From assembly GCA_023424095.1 (NCBI GenBank), contig JAFAEG010000030.1:6674-70673 (forward strand): 64,000 bases of DNA, read 5' to 3'. The notes below the pieces were generated by a model. The model had not been told where the DNA came from and searched no databases. It saw only the letters and a program-made list of their open reading frames with translations. Numbering within the stretch: position 1 is the stretch's first letter; every line of letters starts with the position of its first letter. Below are positions 1 to 12,533 of this stretch, one piece after another. Origin of the DNA: Pseudomonadota bacterium (lineage in GTDB: Bacteria; Pseudomonadota; Alphaproteobacteria; Sphingomonadales; Sphingomonadaceae). The translations under genes were made by a program, and so were the position numbers.

Positions 1-742
1 GATCGGCATAGACGGTCGCCGCATCCGGCGTTTCGTCCATCAGCAGCGTTTCCATCAGCGCATCGTCATGATCCGCCAATTGCTCGAGCATGTGGAAGCG
101 CGCCGATTGCTCGCGAGCCTTCAGATCCTCGGGGATGTCGGTCTGCTCGGAAGCCTGGCCAGCGCGGTAATGAAAGGCTCGTTCCAGCGCCAGATCGACG
201 AAGCCGCTGATCTTGTCCCCGTCGCGGATGGGAATCTGCCGGGCGATCAGGGGGTTGGCGCTCATCGGCTGTAACGCTTCGAGCACGCCTTGGATCGAGC
301 CGCGGGCCTGGTCGATCTTGTTGACGAAGATCAGATGGGGGACACCCATCGCCTCCAGCCGCCGCAGCGCCGGCTCGGCGAGCTGCACCCGTTCCTGCTC
401 CGGATCGACCACCACGATCGCCAGGTCGCAGGCCGCGACCGCGCGGGTGCCGTCTGACTGGAAGCCTGCTGGCCCCGGACAATCGGCGATCGCATAATCG
501 TCGCCGCCATAGGAGAAACGCAGCAGATTGAGCTCAGTCGAGCCGCCGCGCGCCCGCGCCTCGGCACTGGCATCGCCGACGCTGGTCTTGGCGTCGACGC
601 CACCCTGCCGGTCGATGGCTCCAGCCGCAAAGAGAAGGGCCTCGGCCAGGCTGGTCTTGCCAGCCCCACCGGGGCCCACCAACGCGATCGCGCGCGTCCC
701 GCCGCCTCTGGCGCCGCCTGTAATGTCCGGTCTTTCGGGCAT
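1..742 (-). CDS. Elongation factor G-like translational GTPase (partial; 3' end lies beyond window start)
   Basis: My own minus-strand translation from the ATG at 742; it is absent from the ORF track because it runs off the edge. It reads MPERPDITGG..AIALVGPGGAGKTSLAEALL (P-loop), DCPGPAGF (G3) and FVNKIDQ (G4). Confidence 0.75.
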   Translation of the reverse strand, partial: MPERPDITGGARGGGTRAIALVGPGGAGKTSLAEALLFAAGAIDRQGGVDAKTSVGDASAEARARGGSTELNLLRFSYGGDDYAIADCPGPAGFQSDGTRAVAACDLAIVVVDPEQERVQLAEPALRRLEAMGVPHLIFVNKIDQARGSIQGVLEALQPMSANPLIARQIPIRDGDKISGFVDLALERAFHYRAGQASEQTDIPEDLKAREQSARFHMLEQLADHDDALMETLLMDETPDAATVYAD

Positions 743-906
743 GAGCTTCTCCCTCGTTCGCGCAAGCGAACCGCGAGAGCGACGCGGTGCTCGCGTCTGG
801 TGCCGAACGATCAGGCTGCGCCTCTTCGCCGCGAGTCGCAAGCGCAATTGCACATGGGATGAGACAGAGAGTTGTCGCTGGGGGACGGCTCGCCTAAGTC
901 AACCGA

Positions 907-3639
907 ATGACTTCAATGAACGATATTCGCCGGGCTTTTCTCGACCATTTCACCGCCGCGGGGCATCAGGCTGTGCCCTCGGCGCCGCTCGTGCCGCAGA
1001 ACGACCCGACCCTGATGTTCGTCAATGCGGGCATGGTGCCGTTCAAGAACGTCTTCACCGGCCTTGAGACGCGCCCCTACAAGACCGCCGTATCGTCCCA
1101 GAAATGCGTCCGCGCCGGCGGCAAGCATAATGATCTCGACAATGTCGGCTACACCGCCCGGCACCTGACCTTCTTCGAGATGCTCGGCAATTTCTCGTTT
1201 GGCGATTATTTCAAGGAACGGGCCATCAGTCTCGCCTGGGATCTGATGACCCGCGAGTTCGGCCTGCCGAAGGACAAGCTCACCGTCACCGTCTACCATA
1301 CGGACGACGAGGCCTGGGACCTGTGGAAGAAGATCGCCGGCCTGCCCGACGAGCGGATCATCCGCATCCCGACCAAGGACAATTTCTGGGCGATGGGCGA
1401 CAATGGCCCGTGCGGACCCTGTTCGGAAATCTTCTACGATCACGGACCCGAAGTGGCCGGCGGCCCGCCCGGCAGCCCGGACGAGGATGGCGACCGTTTC
1501 GTCGAGGTCTGGAACCTCGTGTTCATGCAATATGAGCAGGAAAACAATGAGATCGTCCGCGATCTTCCCAGGCCGTCGATCGACACCGGCATGGGGCTGG
1601 AGCGGATCGCGACCGTCCTGCAGGGCGTCCACAGCGTCTTCGAGACCGACACCTTCCAGGCCCTGATCAATGCGTCGGCCGAGCTCACGAAGTCCGACCC
1701 GGGCATCGCCAGCCACAAGGTGATCGCCGATCACCTCCGCTCATCCAGCTTCCTGATCGCCGACGGCGTTCTGCCGGGGCCGGAGGGCAGGGGTTATGTC
1801 CTGCGCCGGATCATGCGCCGCGCCATGCGCCACGCGCACCTGTTGGGCGCCAAGGACCCGCTGATGCACCGCCTGGTCGGCGAGCTCGTCTCCGAAATGG
1901 GCGGTGCCTATCCGGACCTCGTCCGCGCCCAGCCCTTGATCGTCGAGACTTTGCAGGGCGAGGAAACCCGCTTCCGCCAGACCCTCGCCAACGGCCTCAA
2001 GCTGCTGGACGTTGAGGTCTCGCAAATCGAGCGTCAGCAGAAAGATTACACAGACGTCTTCAATGACGGTTTCGATATGCCTGATGCGATAAAATTTCCG
2101 GGCAACAAACCGCCGAAACGCGAACTCGAAGGAAGCGTAGCTTTCAAGTTGTACGATACGTTTGGCTTTCCGTACGACCTGACTGAGGATGCGCTTAAGC
2201 CGCTTGGCATCACGGTCGACCGCGCCGGCTTCGACGCCGCCATGGCCGAGCAAAAGGCCGCCGCCCGCGCCGCCCACAAGGGCTCCGGCGACCGCGCCGA
2301 CGACGACATCTGGTTCGACATCGCCGAGGCCGACGGCAGCACCGAATTCACCGGCTATGCCGGCACGATCGGCGAAGGCGTCGTCACCGCCCTCGTCAAG
2401 GACGGCGCCCGCGTCGAGCAGGCGGGGGAGGGCGACAAGGTCACCATCCTCACCAACCAGACGCCCTTCTACGGCGAATCCGGAGGGCAGGCTGGCGACG
2501 CCGGAAAAATCACCAGCGACAATGGCTTCGCGGCCGATGTTGAGGATACGTCTAAACCGTTGGGCCGCCTGCACGCGCATCATGCCAGCATCACCGCCGG
2601 CACCATCAAGGTCGGCGACCCGGTCAAGCTCGTCGTCGATGCCGATCGCCGCGACCGCATCCGCGCCAATCACAGCGCCACCCACCTCGTCCACGCCGCG
2701 CTGCGCCACCGGCTCGGCGGTCACGTCACGCAGAAAGGCAGCCTGGTCGCCGCCGATCGCATGCGCTTCGATTTCTCCCATCCCAAGGCGCTGACGCCCG
2801 AGGATATCGACGCGGTCGAGGCCGAGGTGAACGCCCACATCCGCGCCAACCAGCCCGTCACCACGCGCCTGATGTCGCACACCGACGCGATCGAGGCCGG
2901 CGCCGTCGCTCTGTTCGGCGAGAAGTATGGCGACGAGGTCCGCGTCCTCTCCATGGGCCAGGCCGACGAGCAGAGCTATTCCGTCGAACTGTGTGGCGGC
3001 ACCCACGTCACCGCATTGGGCGACATCCAGCTCTTCAAGATCGTCAGCGAATCCGCCGTTTCCTCCGGCGTGCGCCGCATCGAGGTCGTCACCGGCGAAG
3101 CCGCCCGCCGCTGGCTGCTCGACCGTGACGCGCGCCTCCGCGAAACCGCCGCCGCGCTGAAGGCGTCACCGGAAGACGTTCCCGCCCGCGTCGCGACTTT
3201 GCTCGACGACCGCCGCCGCCTCGAACGCGAATTGGCCGACGCGAAGAAAGCGCTCGCCCTCGGCGGCGGTGCCTCGAAGGAAGCCGCCGGCCCCGAACAG
3301 ATCGCCGGCACGGCCTTCCTGGGTCAGGTGCTCGAAGGCATCGACCCCAAGCAGCTCCGCGGCCTGATCGACGAAGCCAAGCAGCGCCTCGGCTCCGGCG
3401 TCGCCGCGATCGTCGCGGTCAACGAAGGCCGCGCCACCGTCGCCGCCGGCGTCACCGACGATCTGACGTCGCGCCTCAACGCCGTCGATCTCGTCCGCGC
3501 CGCCGTCGCCGCTCTGGGCGGGCAGGGCGGCGGCGGCCGCCCCGACATGGCGCAGGGCGGTGGTCCGGATGGTGACAAGGCTGCGGACGCACTCAACGCG
3601 GTGCGCAATATGCTCGGCGCCGAGATCGTTTCAGCGTAA
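907..3639 (+). CDS. alaS: Alanine--tRNA ligase
   Basis: 910-aa ORF with AlaRS hallmarks: [33 protein letters not shown], editing-domain [11 protein letters not shown] and CGGTHV, and a C-terminal [13 protein letters not shown]. Confidence 0.97.
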   Translation: MTSMNDIRRAFLDHFTAAGHQAVPSAPLVPQNDPTLMFVNAGMVPFKNVFTGLETRPYKTAVSSQKCVRAGGKHNDLDNVGYTARHLTFFEMLGNFSFGDYFKERAISLAWDLMTREFGLPKDKLTVTVYHTDDEAWDLWKKIAGLPDERIIRIPTKDNFWAMGDNGPCGPCSEIFYDHGPEVAGGPPGSPDEDGDRFVEVWNLVFMQYEQENNEIVRDLPRPSIDTGMGLERIATVLQGVHSVFETDTFQALINASAELTKSDPGIASHKVIADHLRSSSFLIADGVLPGPEGRGYVLRRIMRRAMRHAHLLGAKDPLMHRLVGELVSEMGGAYPDLVRAQPLIVETLQGEETRFRQTLANGLKLLDVEVSQIERQQKDYTDVFNDGFDMPDAIKFPGNKPPKRELEGSVAFKLYDTFGFPYDLTEDALKPLGITVDRAGFDAAMAEQKAAARAAHKGSGDRADDDIWFDIAEADGSTEFTGYAGTIGEGVVTALVKDGARVEQAGEGDKVTILTNQTPFYGESGGQAGDAGKITSDNGFAADVEDTSKPLGRLHAHHASITAGTIKVGDPVKLVVDADRRDRIRANHSATHLVHAALRHRLGGHVTQKGSLVAADRMRFDFSHPKALTPEDIDAVEAEVNAHIRANQPVTTRLMSHTDAIEAGAVALFGEKYGDEVRVLSMGQADEQSYSVELCGGTHVTALGDIQLFKIVSESAVSSGVRRIEVVTGEAARRWLLDRDARLRETAAALKASPEDVPARVATLLDDRRRLERELADAKKALALGGGASKEAAGPEQIAGTAFLGQVLEGIDPKQLRGLIDEAKQRLGSGVAAIVAVNEGRATVAAGVTDDLTSRLNAVDLVRAAVAALGGQGGGGRPDMAQGGGPDGDKAADALNAVRNMLGAEIVSA

Positions 3640-3758
3640 CGCCAGCGCGCGATCGCTACGGCTTCCTGAATTGCTGAGCTAAAGCTCACGCTTCGCTCAT
3701 GACGGTCAGGCCTATGGCCGAGCACCACTCCCATCGTGATAACGGTGGGAGTGAGGCA

Positions 3759-4217
3759 ATGACGAGCGTGCAAGAAGCGGACATCGGGCCGAGCTATCTC
3801 CTGGCTGCAGGCGCATTTCTCCTCCCGATCGCGTGGTGCACCCTGAATTTCGTCTATTGGCCGGCGGTTCTCGAAGCCGGCTTGTTGCCGACCCATGCCG
3901 ACTCGATCCTTATCCCGATCGCCAACGACATCATTGCCGCGCCGTTCGTGATGATGCTCCTGCTTGTTTGGTCATGGCCCGCCTGGCGCGTCGCAAAAGG
4001 CCGGGTCAATCTGCTAGTTTGGGACCGGCAACGTCCCGTCACAAGCTGGCTCGCGACGCTCGCTTATGGCGGCGTGGCTGCAATCTGCGCTGTGGATGCC
4101 GTTCACCTATTCCTGTTTCTGCATCCGGTGGAACTGCTGAACCTGATCGTCACCATCCCCTTCGCGCTTTGGAACCTGTTCCTGCGCGCGGCGGCGGTTC
4201 AGCCCCCGAACGGCTGA
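3759..4217 (+). CDS. Hypothetical small membrane protein
   Basis: ORF 3699..4217. I prefer the in-frame ATG at 3759, which follows GGGAGTGAGG. It has several hydrophobic segments (LLAAGAFLLPIAW, APFVMMLLLVWSW, YGGVAAICAVDAV), lower GC than its neighbours, and no recognisable family. Confidence 0.45.
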   Translation: MTSVQEADIGPSYLLAAGAFLLPIAWCTLNFVYWPAVLEAGLLPTHADSILIPIANDIIAAPFVMMLLLVWSWPAWRVAKGRVNLLVWDRQRPVTSWLATLAYGGVAAICAVDAVHLFLFLHPVELLNLIVTIPFALWNLFLRAAAVQPPNG

Positions 4218-4231
4218 CCGGGCTCCTGAAC

Positions 4232-6028
4232 TCAACCCGGCTCAGCCCCAACCTCAGCGATCCGCGTCCGCCGGATATTCGGCTCCCGCTCAAGCTCGCC
4301 CATTTCCATGATCTGCTGGCGCATCTCCGCCCGCTTCTCGTGGATGCTCGCGATCACCGGCCCCATCGCCATGCCGAGGTCGACCAGCACCGCCTCGCTA
4401 AGCTGTAGCGAGCTTTCCAACGTCTCCGGCACTGCGTCGGTCACGCCGGCCTTGTACAGCTCCGCCGCATGCGCCGCGTCGCGGGCGCGGGCGACGATGC
4501 ACAGGTCGGGGCAATAGGCCCGCACCTTCTTCACCAGCCGCATCGACAGCACCGGATCGTCCATCGTCATGATCAGCGCGCTGGCATGGCCCAGATTGAG
4601 CTTGTCCACGAACTCGCCCCGCGCCGCGTCGCCGAAGGTGACGTTATAGCCGTCCTTGATCGCCTGATTCACGGAGTCGATATCGCTCTCCACCGCGACA
4701 TAGGGCTTGTTGTGGACGACCAGCATGTCGGCCACGAGCCGCCCGACGCGGCCGAAGCCGATGATCACCGCCCGCGGCTCGTCCCGGGACGGCAGCATGC
4801 CGCTCGCGGACCCCTCCATCCTGGTGACGCGCTTGCCCAGGTCGCGCCCGATCCGCGCCAGCAATGGCGTGATCGTCAGCCCCAGAGCGGTGACGATCTG
4901 CCAGAAGGCCGCCGTCTCGCTGGCGATCAGCCCGGCGGTCCCGGCCGCGCCGAGAACGATCAGGGTCGTCTCGGACGGCGAGGCCATCAATATGCTCGCC
5001 TCCGCCGCCACGCCCCGCGTCGCGCCGGAAATCCGCAGCAGGGTCGCCGTGACGATCATCTTCACTACCATCACGCCGAGCAGAGCGAGCAGCAGCAATT
5101 CCCAGTTCGCCGCGATCAGCACGACGTCGAGACTCATCCCGACCGTGATCAGGAACACGCCCAGCCCCAGCCCCCGGAAAGGCGCGGTCATCGCCTCCAC
5201 CTCGCCATGATATTCGGTCTCGGCGATCAATATGCCGGCCAGCAGCGCCCCGGCATATGGCGACAGGCCCGCGGCCGAGGTGATCAAAGCCGCGACGATC
5301 ACCACGATCAGGCTGGCCGACAGGAACAGTTCCGGACTCTTCGCCCGCGCCGCCTGCGCGAACAATTTGGGCAGCAGCAGCCGCCCGGCGATCAGGATGC
5401 CGATCACCGCGAGCGCGCCCTTCCAGACGATGTCCATGATCCCGGTCACGCCGGTATCCGCGCCATAGGGCCCGAGCACGCCCAGCACGAAGATGATCGG
5501 CACCAGCGCGACATCCTCGAACAGCAGCATCGCCAGCGCCGATTTGCCCACCGCGCTCGTCGTCCCGACCAGGGGCAGCACCACCGCGGTCGAAGACATG
5601 GCCAGCGCCAGCCCCAGCGCCAGCGCCCCGGTCCATGGATAGCCGGCAATCATCATCGCGAAGCCGATCAGCGCCGCGCCGATGATCAGTTCCGCCGCGC
5701 CCACCCCGAAGACGAGTTTTCGCATCGTCCATAATCGCGGAAAGCTCAGCTCCAGCCCGATCGAGAAGAGCAGGAGGATGATGCCGAACTCGGCGAACGG
5801 CGCGATCGCTTCGGGGTTCGAGATGGTGACGAAGTTGAGCCAGGGATAAGCGCCGGACAGCGCCCCGAGCCCCGCCGGCCCGACCAGCGCCCCGACCAGG
5901 ATGAAGCCGATCACCGGGCTGACCCGGAAGCGGGCGAAGGCCGGAATGACGATCCCGGCCGCGCCAAGGATCACGAGCGTGTCGCTGAGCCCCGACGCGT
6001 GAAGGCTGTGGGTGATGTCTGCTGCCAT
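4232..6028 (-). CDS. Monovalent cation:proton antiporter-2 (CPA2, KefB/KefC-like) with C-terminal RCK/TrkA-N domain
   Basis: About 600-aa polytopic membrane ORF followed by a Rossmann-type VIIGFGRVGRLVADML motif. I prefer the internal start MAADITHS at 6028. Confidence 0.85.
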   Translation of the reverse strand: MAADITHSLHASGLSDTLVILGAAGIVIPAFARFRVSPVIGFILVGALVGPAGLGALSGAYPWLNFVTISNPEAIAPFAEFGIILLLFSIGLELSFPRLWTMRKLVFGVGAAELIIGAALIGFAMMIAGYPWTGALALGLALAMSSTAVVLPLVGTTSAVGKSALAMLLFEDVALVPIIFVLGVLGPYGADTGVTGIMDIVWKGALAVIGILIAGRLLLPKLFAQAARAKSPELFLSASLIVVIVAALITSAAGLSPYAGALLAGILIAETEYHGEVEAMTAPFRGLGLGVFLITVGMSLDVVLIAANWELLLLALLGVMVVKMIVTATLLRISGATRGVAAEASILMASPSETTLIVLGAAGTAGLIASETAAFWQIVTALGLTITPLLARIGRDLGKRVTRMEGSASGMLPSRDEPRAVIIGFGRVGRLVADMLVVHNKPYVAVESDIDSVNQAIKDGYNVTFGDAARGEFVDKLNLGHASALIMTMDDPVLSMRLVKKVRAYCPDLCIVARARDAAHAAELYKAGVTDAVPETLESSLQLSEAVLVDLGMAMGPVIASIHEKRAEMRQQIMEMGELEREPNIRRTRIAEVGAEPG

Positions 6029-6153
6029 GCCCGGCCTTTTTTGCAGACGCGCGGGCACTTGTCAGCAGCGTGTTTGCCAAGCGGCAAGCGAGGCATTATC
6101 TCGCCCCTCAATCCCTTCCCGTACCCCCATATCTTTCGGAGCTAAGCGCCGCC

Positions 6154-7827
<1,674 letters not shown>

Positions 7828-7832
7828 CGCCG

Positions 7833-8288
7833 ATGGGCGGGCAGGGAGAGCCTGTTTTCGTCCGCTGGGAGGCCCCCATCATTGATGCGGGGCCTCGCCT
7901 GCTCAGCCTCTGCCACCGCGTCTTCGACGATTTCGACGATGCCTATCTGCTCGACCGGCTGCCAAATCTGGCCGAGCCGAGCCTCTGGCTGGCCGAAGCC
8001 GATGGCGAATGGGTCGCGTTCAAGCTCGGCTATAGGCGCGGCCAGACCCAGTTCTACTCGTGGCTCGGCGGGGTAGATCCTGCTCATCGCCGTCGCGGCC
8101 TCGCCGCCGAACTGACGCACCGCCAGCATGACGAAGCCGCCCGCAACGGCTTCACTCATGTCGAGACCCGCACCCGCGCCGCCAACAATGCGATGATCAT
8201 CGTCAATCTGCGCCAGGGCTTCCACGTCGCCGGCTTCGAGGTGGACGGTTCGGGACACCCGGTGGTGATCCAGCGAAAGGCGCTGTAG
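7833..8288 (+). CDS. GNAT family N-acetyltransferase
   Basis: 151-aa ORF with a GNAT motif-A-like segment (GVDPAHRRRGLAAELTHRQ) and a typical size. Confidence 0.65.
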   Translation: MGGQGEPVFVRWEAPIIDAGPRLLSLCHRVFDDFDDAYLLDRLPNLAEPSLWLAEADGEWVAFKLGYRRGQTQFYSWLGGVDPAHRRRGLAAELTHRQHDEAARNGFTHVETRTRAANNAMIIVNLRQGFHVAGFEVDGSGHPVVIQRKAL

Positions 8289-8322
8289 AAACCGCCGAGA
8301 CCACGCTCCGGGGAGTGCGCCC

Positions 8323-8880
8323 ATGCATATGACGTCGCGCAACATCATCCTGTTCGTTCTGGCGGCCTTCGTCGGCATCGCCGCCGGCCTCTATTACCCG
8401 ATCATCGGCCTGATCCTGCTGCCGCCGGTCCTCATCTTCCTCGTCTTCATCCTGCTGAGGAATCGCGGCGCGAAGGAGGCCGATCCGGCGGCGGCGGAAG
8501 CGGCGCGGCAATTCACCGCGCCGCCGGGCATGGCGGCGATCTACGTCATGCGTCACGGCTTCGTCGGCGGCCAGCAGGGCATGAACGTCTCCATTGGCGG
8601 ACTGAACAGCCAGTTTCGCACCGGCCGCTTCGTCCGCGCCGAGGTCGCCCCGGGCACGCACGAAGTCCGTGGCCGTCTGGCCGCCCAGATCGGCGGCACC
8701 GACAAGGTTCACCAGGTGACCCTCGCCCCCGGCGAATGCGTTCTGCTCGACGCCAAGCTCGACATGGGCGCGCTGCAATCGAAGCTCGTCTTCCTCGAAA
8801 CCCGCAATCCCGACGAAGCGCGCGAGAAGCTGGCGAGGCTCAAGCTGGTCGAATGGAAAGCGCCGCCGGGCGCCTCCTGA
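8323..8880 (+). CDS. Hypothetical membrane-anchored protein (DUF2846-like)
   Basis: N-terminal TM helices followed by a beta-rich domain (IYVMRHGF..APGTHEVRG) that resembles DUF2846. The assignment is from memory only. Confidence 0.45.
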   Translation: MHMTSRNIILFVLAAFVGIAAGLYYPIIGLILLPPVLIFLVFILLRNRGAKEADPAAAEAARQFTAPPGMAAIYVMRHGFVGGQQGMNVSIGGLNSQFRTGRFVRAEVAPGTHEVRGRLAAQIGGTDKVHQVTLAPGECVLLDAKLDMGALQSKLVFLETRNPDEAREKLARLKLVEWKAPPGAS

Positions 8881-8905
8881 GTCGGCCCGGCCGCGCGTTC
8901 CCGCC

Positions 8906-10408
8906 TCAGGCGCGCGCTGCCGCCAGCGCCCGCTCGCCCTCGTCATAGCGCTCCAGCGCCAGCGGCGACGGGCGGCTGGCCAGGCTGACGAGGATCGCCG
9001 CAGCGAAGCTCAGGAAGAAGCCCGGCACCATCGCATAGACGACCGCCACGCTGAACGACTGCCCGTCCGGCATCAGCGGCAGGATGCACAGCACCACTGT
9101 CACCGCGCCCACGATCACCCCCGCCAGCGCACCCGCGACGGTGAGCCGCCGCCAGGTCAGGCTCAGGATCACCAACGGCCCGAACGCCGCGCCGAAGCCG
9201 GCCCAGGCATCGGCGACCAGGCCCAGAATGGTGTTCTCGGGCGACCAGGCCAAAGCGATCGCCGCCAGCGATACGGCCAGCACCGACGCCCGGCCCACCG
9301 TCACCAATTCCTTGTCAGCCACCTCTCGGCGCAGGAAGACGCGGTAGAAATCCTCCACCAGCGAGCTGGATGACACCAGCAATTGCGAGCTGATTGTGCT
9401 CATGATCGCCGCCAGCAATGCCGCGTAGAGGAAGCCCGTGATCATCGGGTGGAACAGGATCTGGCCGAGCAGGATGAAAATCGTCTCCGCATCGTTCACG
9501 ACAATGCCGTTCGCATTGGCATAGGCCAGGCCGACAAAGCCGGTCGCCAGCGCGCCGATCAGCGACACCGCCATCCAGGTCATGCCGATATTGCGCATCG
9601 TCGGGATATCCTTGACCGAGCGCACCGCCATAAACCGCGTGATGATGTGCGGCTGGCCGAAATATCCCAGGCCCCAGGCGAGCGAGGAAATGATGCCAAG
9701 CGCCGTGGTGCCGGCAAACAGGTCCATCGCGGTCGGATTGATCGCGACTACCTGCGCGACGACATCGCCGTCGATCGCAAAAAAGGCGACGACCGGCACC
9801 ATCACCAGCGCCACGAACATGATGATGCCCTGGACGAAGTCGGTGAGGCTCACCGCAAGGAAGCCTCCGATCAAGGTGTAGATCAGCACCGCGCCGGCGG
9901 TGATCCAAAGCCCGAGCGTGTAATCCGCTCCGAACGCGGTTTCGAACAATTTGCCGCCCGCGACCATGCCGGCGGAGGTGTAGAGCGTGAAGAAGATGAC
10001 AATGACCAGCGCGCAGACGAGCCGCAGCACATGGCTGCGATCGTCCAGTCGCTGGGCGAAATAAGCCGGGATGGTGATTGCGTCGCCCGTTTCTTCGGTG
10101 TGGACGCGCAGCCGCGGCGCGACGATCAGATAATTGGCGAGCGCGCCCGCGAACAGGCCGATCGCGATCCAGCTGGCGGACAGGCCAGACAGGAAAGCGG
10201 CGCCGGGCAGGCCCATCATCAGCCAGCCGCTCATGTCGGCCGCGCCGGCGGAAAGGGCAGCCACTGAGGGGCTCAGCCGCCGCCCGCCGAGCAGATAGCC
10301 GCTGACGTCGGCCGTCGACTTGCGCCAGGCGTAGACGCCGATCCACAGCATGCCCGCGAAATAGATGGACAGGGAGATGACCGCCCCGGTTTCGACGCCC
10401 GCATCCAT
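8906..10408 (-). CDS. putP: Sodium:solute symporter family protein (PutP-like sodium/proline symporter)
   Basis: 500-aa polytopic ORF whose N-terminus (SIYFAGMLWIGVYAWRKSTADVSGYLLGGRRLSP) is typical of SSS/PutP transporters. Confidence 0.8.
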   Translation of the reverse strand: MDAGVETGAVISLSIYFAGMLWIGVYAWRKSTADVSGYLLGGRRLSPSVAALSAGAADMSGWLMMGLPGAAFLSGLSASWIAIGLFAGALANYLIVAPRLRVHTEETGDAITIPAYFAQRLDDRSHVLRLVCALVIVIFFTLYTSAGMVAGGKLFETAFGADYTLGLWITAGAVLIYTLIGGFLAVSLTDFVQGIIMFVALVMVPVVAFFAIDGDVVAQVVAINPTAMDLFAGTTALGIISSLAWGLGYFGQPHIITRFMAVRSVKDIPTMRNIGMTWMAVSLIGALATGFVGLAYANANGIVVNDAETIFILLGQILFHPMITGFLYAALLAAIMSTISSQLLVSSSSLVEDFYRVFLRREVADKELVTVGRASVLAVSLAAIALAWSPENTILGLVADAWAGFGAAFGPLVILSLTWRRLTVAGALAGVIVGAVTVVLCILPLMPDGQSFSVAVVYAMVPGFFLSFAAAILVSLASRPSPLALERYDEGERALAAARA

Positions 10409-10421
10409 CGCTCAGTCCCCC

Positions 10422-11057
10422 TCAGGCGGGCGCAAATTCCCCGCTGTCATTATCGAGCACATGAAGCACGCCGTCGGCAATGGCGAAATAGGCGCCGTGG
10501 AGCTTGAGCCGGCCGTCGGCGACGCGCTCGCGCACCCACGGGAAAGTCATGAGGTTCTTGAGCGACACGCGCACGCCCTCATGCTCCATCGCCCGGACGG
10601 CGTCGGGGCCGAGCTCGGGATAGTCGCGGCGCACCCGCTCGCGGGCCTCGTCGAGCATTTCCACCCAATGGGAGATGAAATGGCCGGCGCCGGAGGTCGC
10701 GCCGGCGAATTGCCCGGTCAGCGCCGCCGCACAGCCGCCGCAGGCGCCGTGCCCCATCACCACCAGTTCCTCGACCTGCAGCTGCGTCACCGCAAATTCC
10801 AGCGCCGCCGAGACGCCATGGTAATTCTGGTCCGGCTCGAACGGCGGCACGAGGTTTGCGACGTTGCGCACCACGAACATCTCGCCCGGCCGCGCGTCGA
10901 AAATCTGGCTGGGATCGACCCGGCTGTCGGAGCAGGCGATCACCATCACCGCCGGGCGCTGCCCCTCGGCCAGCTCCGCCCAGCGCGCGCGCTCCTCGCG
11001 CCACTCGCTGTCACGGAAGCGGCGATAGCCGTCGATCAGATTTGCAAAGCCGGTCAT
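10422..11057 (-). CDS. Beta-class carbonic anhydrase
   Basis: Zinc-ligand motifs CSDSRV and HGACGGC are present. I prefer the start MTGFANLIDGYRRF at 11057. Confidence 0.85.
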   Translation of the reverse strand: MTGFANLIDGYRRFRDSEWREERARWAELAEGQRPAVMVIACSDSRVDPSQIFDARPGEMFVVRNVANLVPPFEPDQNYHGVSAALEFAVTQLQVEELVVMGHGACGGCAAALTGQFAGATSGAGHFISHWVEMLDEARERVRRDYPELGPDAVRAMEHEGVRVSLKNLMTFPWVRERVADGRLKLHGAYFAIADGVLHVLDNDSGEFAPA

Positions 11058-11122
11058 GTCGCGTCCGCTAAGAGGGAAGGGCGGGGGTGGCAAGAGCGCG
11101 CGCCAATCGCTATCTCGCCGCC

Positions 11123-12058
11123 ATGAGCGAGGCCGATCCGATCATTTCCGTCCCGAAACAGCGCAAGCCCGACTGGATTCGGGTGAAGGCGCCGATCGGC
11201 ACAGCGTTCAGCGAAACCAAGCAGCTGATGCGCCGCCTGAACCTCGCCACCGTGTGCGAGGAAGCGGCCTGCCCGAACATCGGCGAGTGCTGGACCAAGA
11301 AGCACGCCACGGTGATGATCCTGGGCGACACCTGCACGCGGGCCTGCGCCTTCTGCAACGTGAAGACCGGCATGCCGCGCGCCGTCGATCCGCTCGAGCC
11401 CGAGCATGTCGCCGTCGCCGCCGCCGAACTCGGCCTCAGCCACATCGTCATCACCTCGGTCGATCGCGACGATCTGCCCGATGGCGGCGCCTCGCAATTC
11501 GTGAAGGTGATCCAGGCGCTGCGCCGCAACACGCCGAACACCACGATCGAAATCCTCACGCCGGATTTCAGGAACAAGGCGCAGGCCGCCGTCGAGTCGA
11601 TCGTCGAGGCGCGCCCCGACGTCTACAATCACAATCTGGAGACGGTGCCGCGGCTCTATCCCACGATTCGCCCCGGCGCGCGTTATTACGCCTCGCTGCG
11701 CCTGCTCGAGAGCGTGAAGCGGCACGATCCGACCATCTTCACCAAGTCCGGCATCATGACCGGCCTCGGCGAGCAGCGGCTGGAGGTTCATCAGGTGATG
11801 GACGACATGCGCTCGGCCGACATCGATTTCCTCACCATGGGCCAGTATCTGCAGCCCACCCCGCGCCTCGCCAAGGTCGAGGAATTCGTCAGCCCGCAGG
11901 CGTTCAAGGCCTATGGCGCCATCGCCCGCGCCAAGGGCTTCCTCTTGGTCGCGGCCAGCCCGCTGACCCGCTCGAGCTATCATGCCGGCGACGATTTCGA
12001 GAAGATGCGCGCCGCCCGCGAGGCGAGGCTCGGCAAGGCGGCAACGGCGGTCGCCTGA
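11123..12058 (+). CDS. lipA: Lipoyl synthase
   Basis: Contains [12 protein letters not shown] and the radical-SAM [10 protein letters not shown] motif. I prefer the start at 11123 (MSEADPII) because it avoids overlap with the divergent carbonic anhydrase gene. Confidence 0.93.
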   Translation: MSEADPIISVPKQRKPDWIRVKAPIGTAFSETKQLMRRLNLATVCEEAACPNIGECWTKKHATVMILGDTCTRACAFCNVKTGMPRAVDPLEPEHVAVAAAELGLSHIVITSVDRDDLPDGGASQFVKVIQALRRNTPNTTIEILTPDFRNKAQAAVESIVEARPDVYNHNLETVPRLYPTIRPGARYYASLRLLESVKRHDPTIFTKSGIMTGLGEQRLEVHQVMDDMRSADIDFLTMGQYLQPTPRLAKVEEFVSPQAFKAYGAIARAKGFLLVAASPLTRSSYHAGDDFEKMRAAREARLGKAATAVA

Positions 12059-12059
12059 T

Positions 12060-12533
12060 ATGCCGAAGCATAGCGAAAACCGGCATCTACCCTACACGCC
12101 GGAGCAATTGTTCGATCTCGTCGCGGACGTTCGCCGCTATCCCGATTTCCTGCCCTGGGTGGTCGCCGTGCGGGTGCGCTCGGACAGCGAGGCGGAGACG
12201 GTCGCCGACCTTGCCGTGGGCTTCCGCGCGCTGAAGGAAACCTTCACCAGCCGCGTCATCAAGCAGCGGCCGCACGAAATCGAGATCGATTATGTGGAAG
12301 GCCCGCTCAAATACCTCCACAACAATTGGAAATTCGAAAGCGACGGGCAGGGTGGGACGAACATCCACTTCGCCGTGGATTTCGCCTTCAAGAGCCGGAT
12401 GTTCGAAATGCTGGCCGGCCAGATGTTCGACCGCGCCTTACGCAAGATGATCGGCGCCTTCTGCGACCGCGCCCACGCGCTCTACAGCGTCGATCCCGGC
12501 ATCAGCAGTTCCAGCGCGCACAAGGCCGCCTGA
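12060..12533 (+). CDS. SRPBCC/START-fold protein (RatA / COQ10-like)
   Basis: MPKHSENRHLPYTPEQLFDLVADVRRYPDFLPW is a typical N-terminus for this family. The ATG at 12060 lies 1 nt after the lipA stop. Confidence 0.8.
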   Translation: MPKHSENRHLPYTPEQLFDLVADVRRYPDFLPWVVAVRVRSDSEAETVADLAVGFRALKETFTSRVIKQRPHEIEIDYVEGPLKYLHNNWKFESDGQGGTNIHFAVDFAFKSRMFEMLAGQMFDRALRKMIGAFCDRAHALYSVDPGISSSSAHKAA

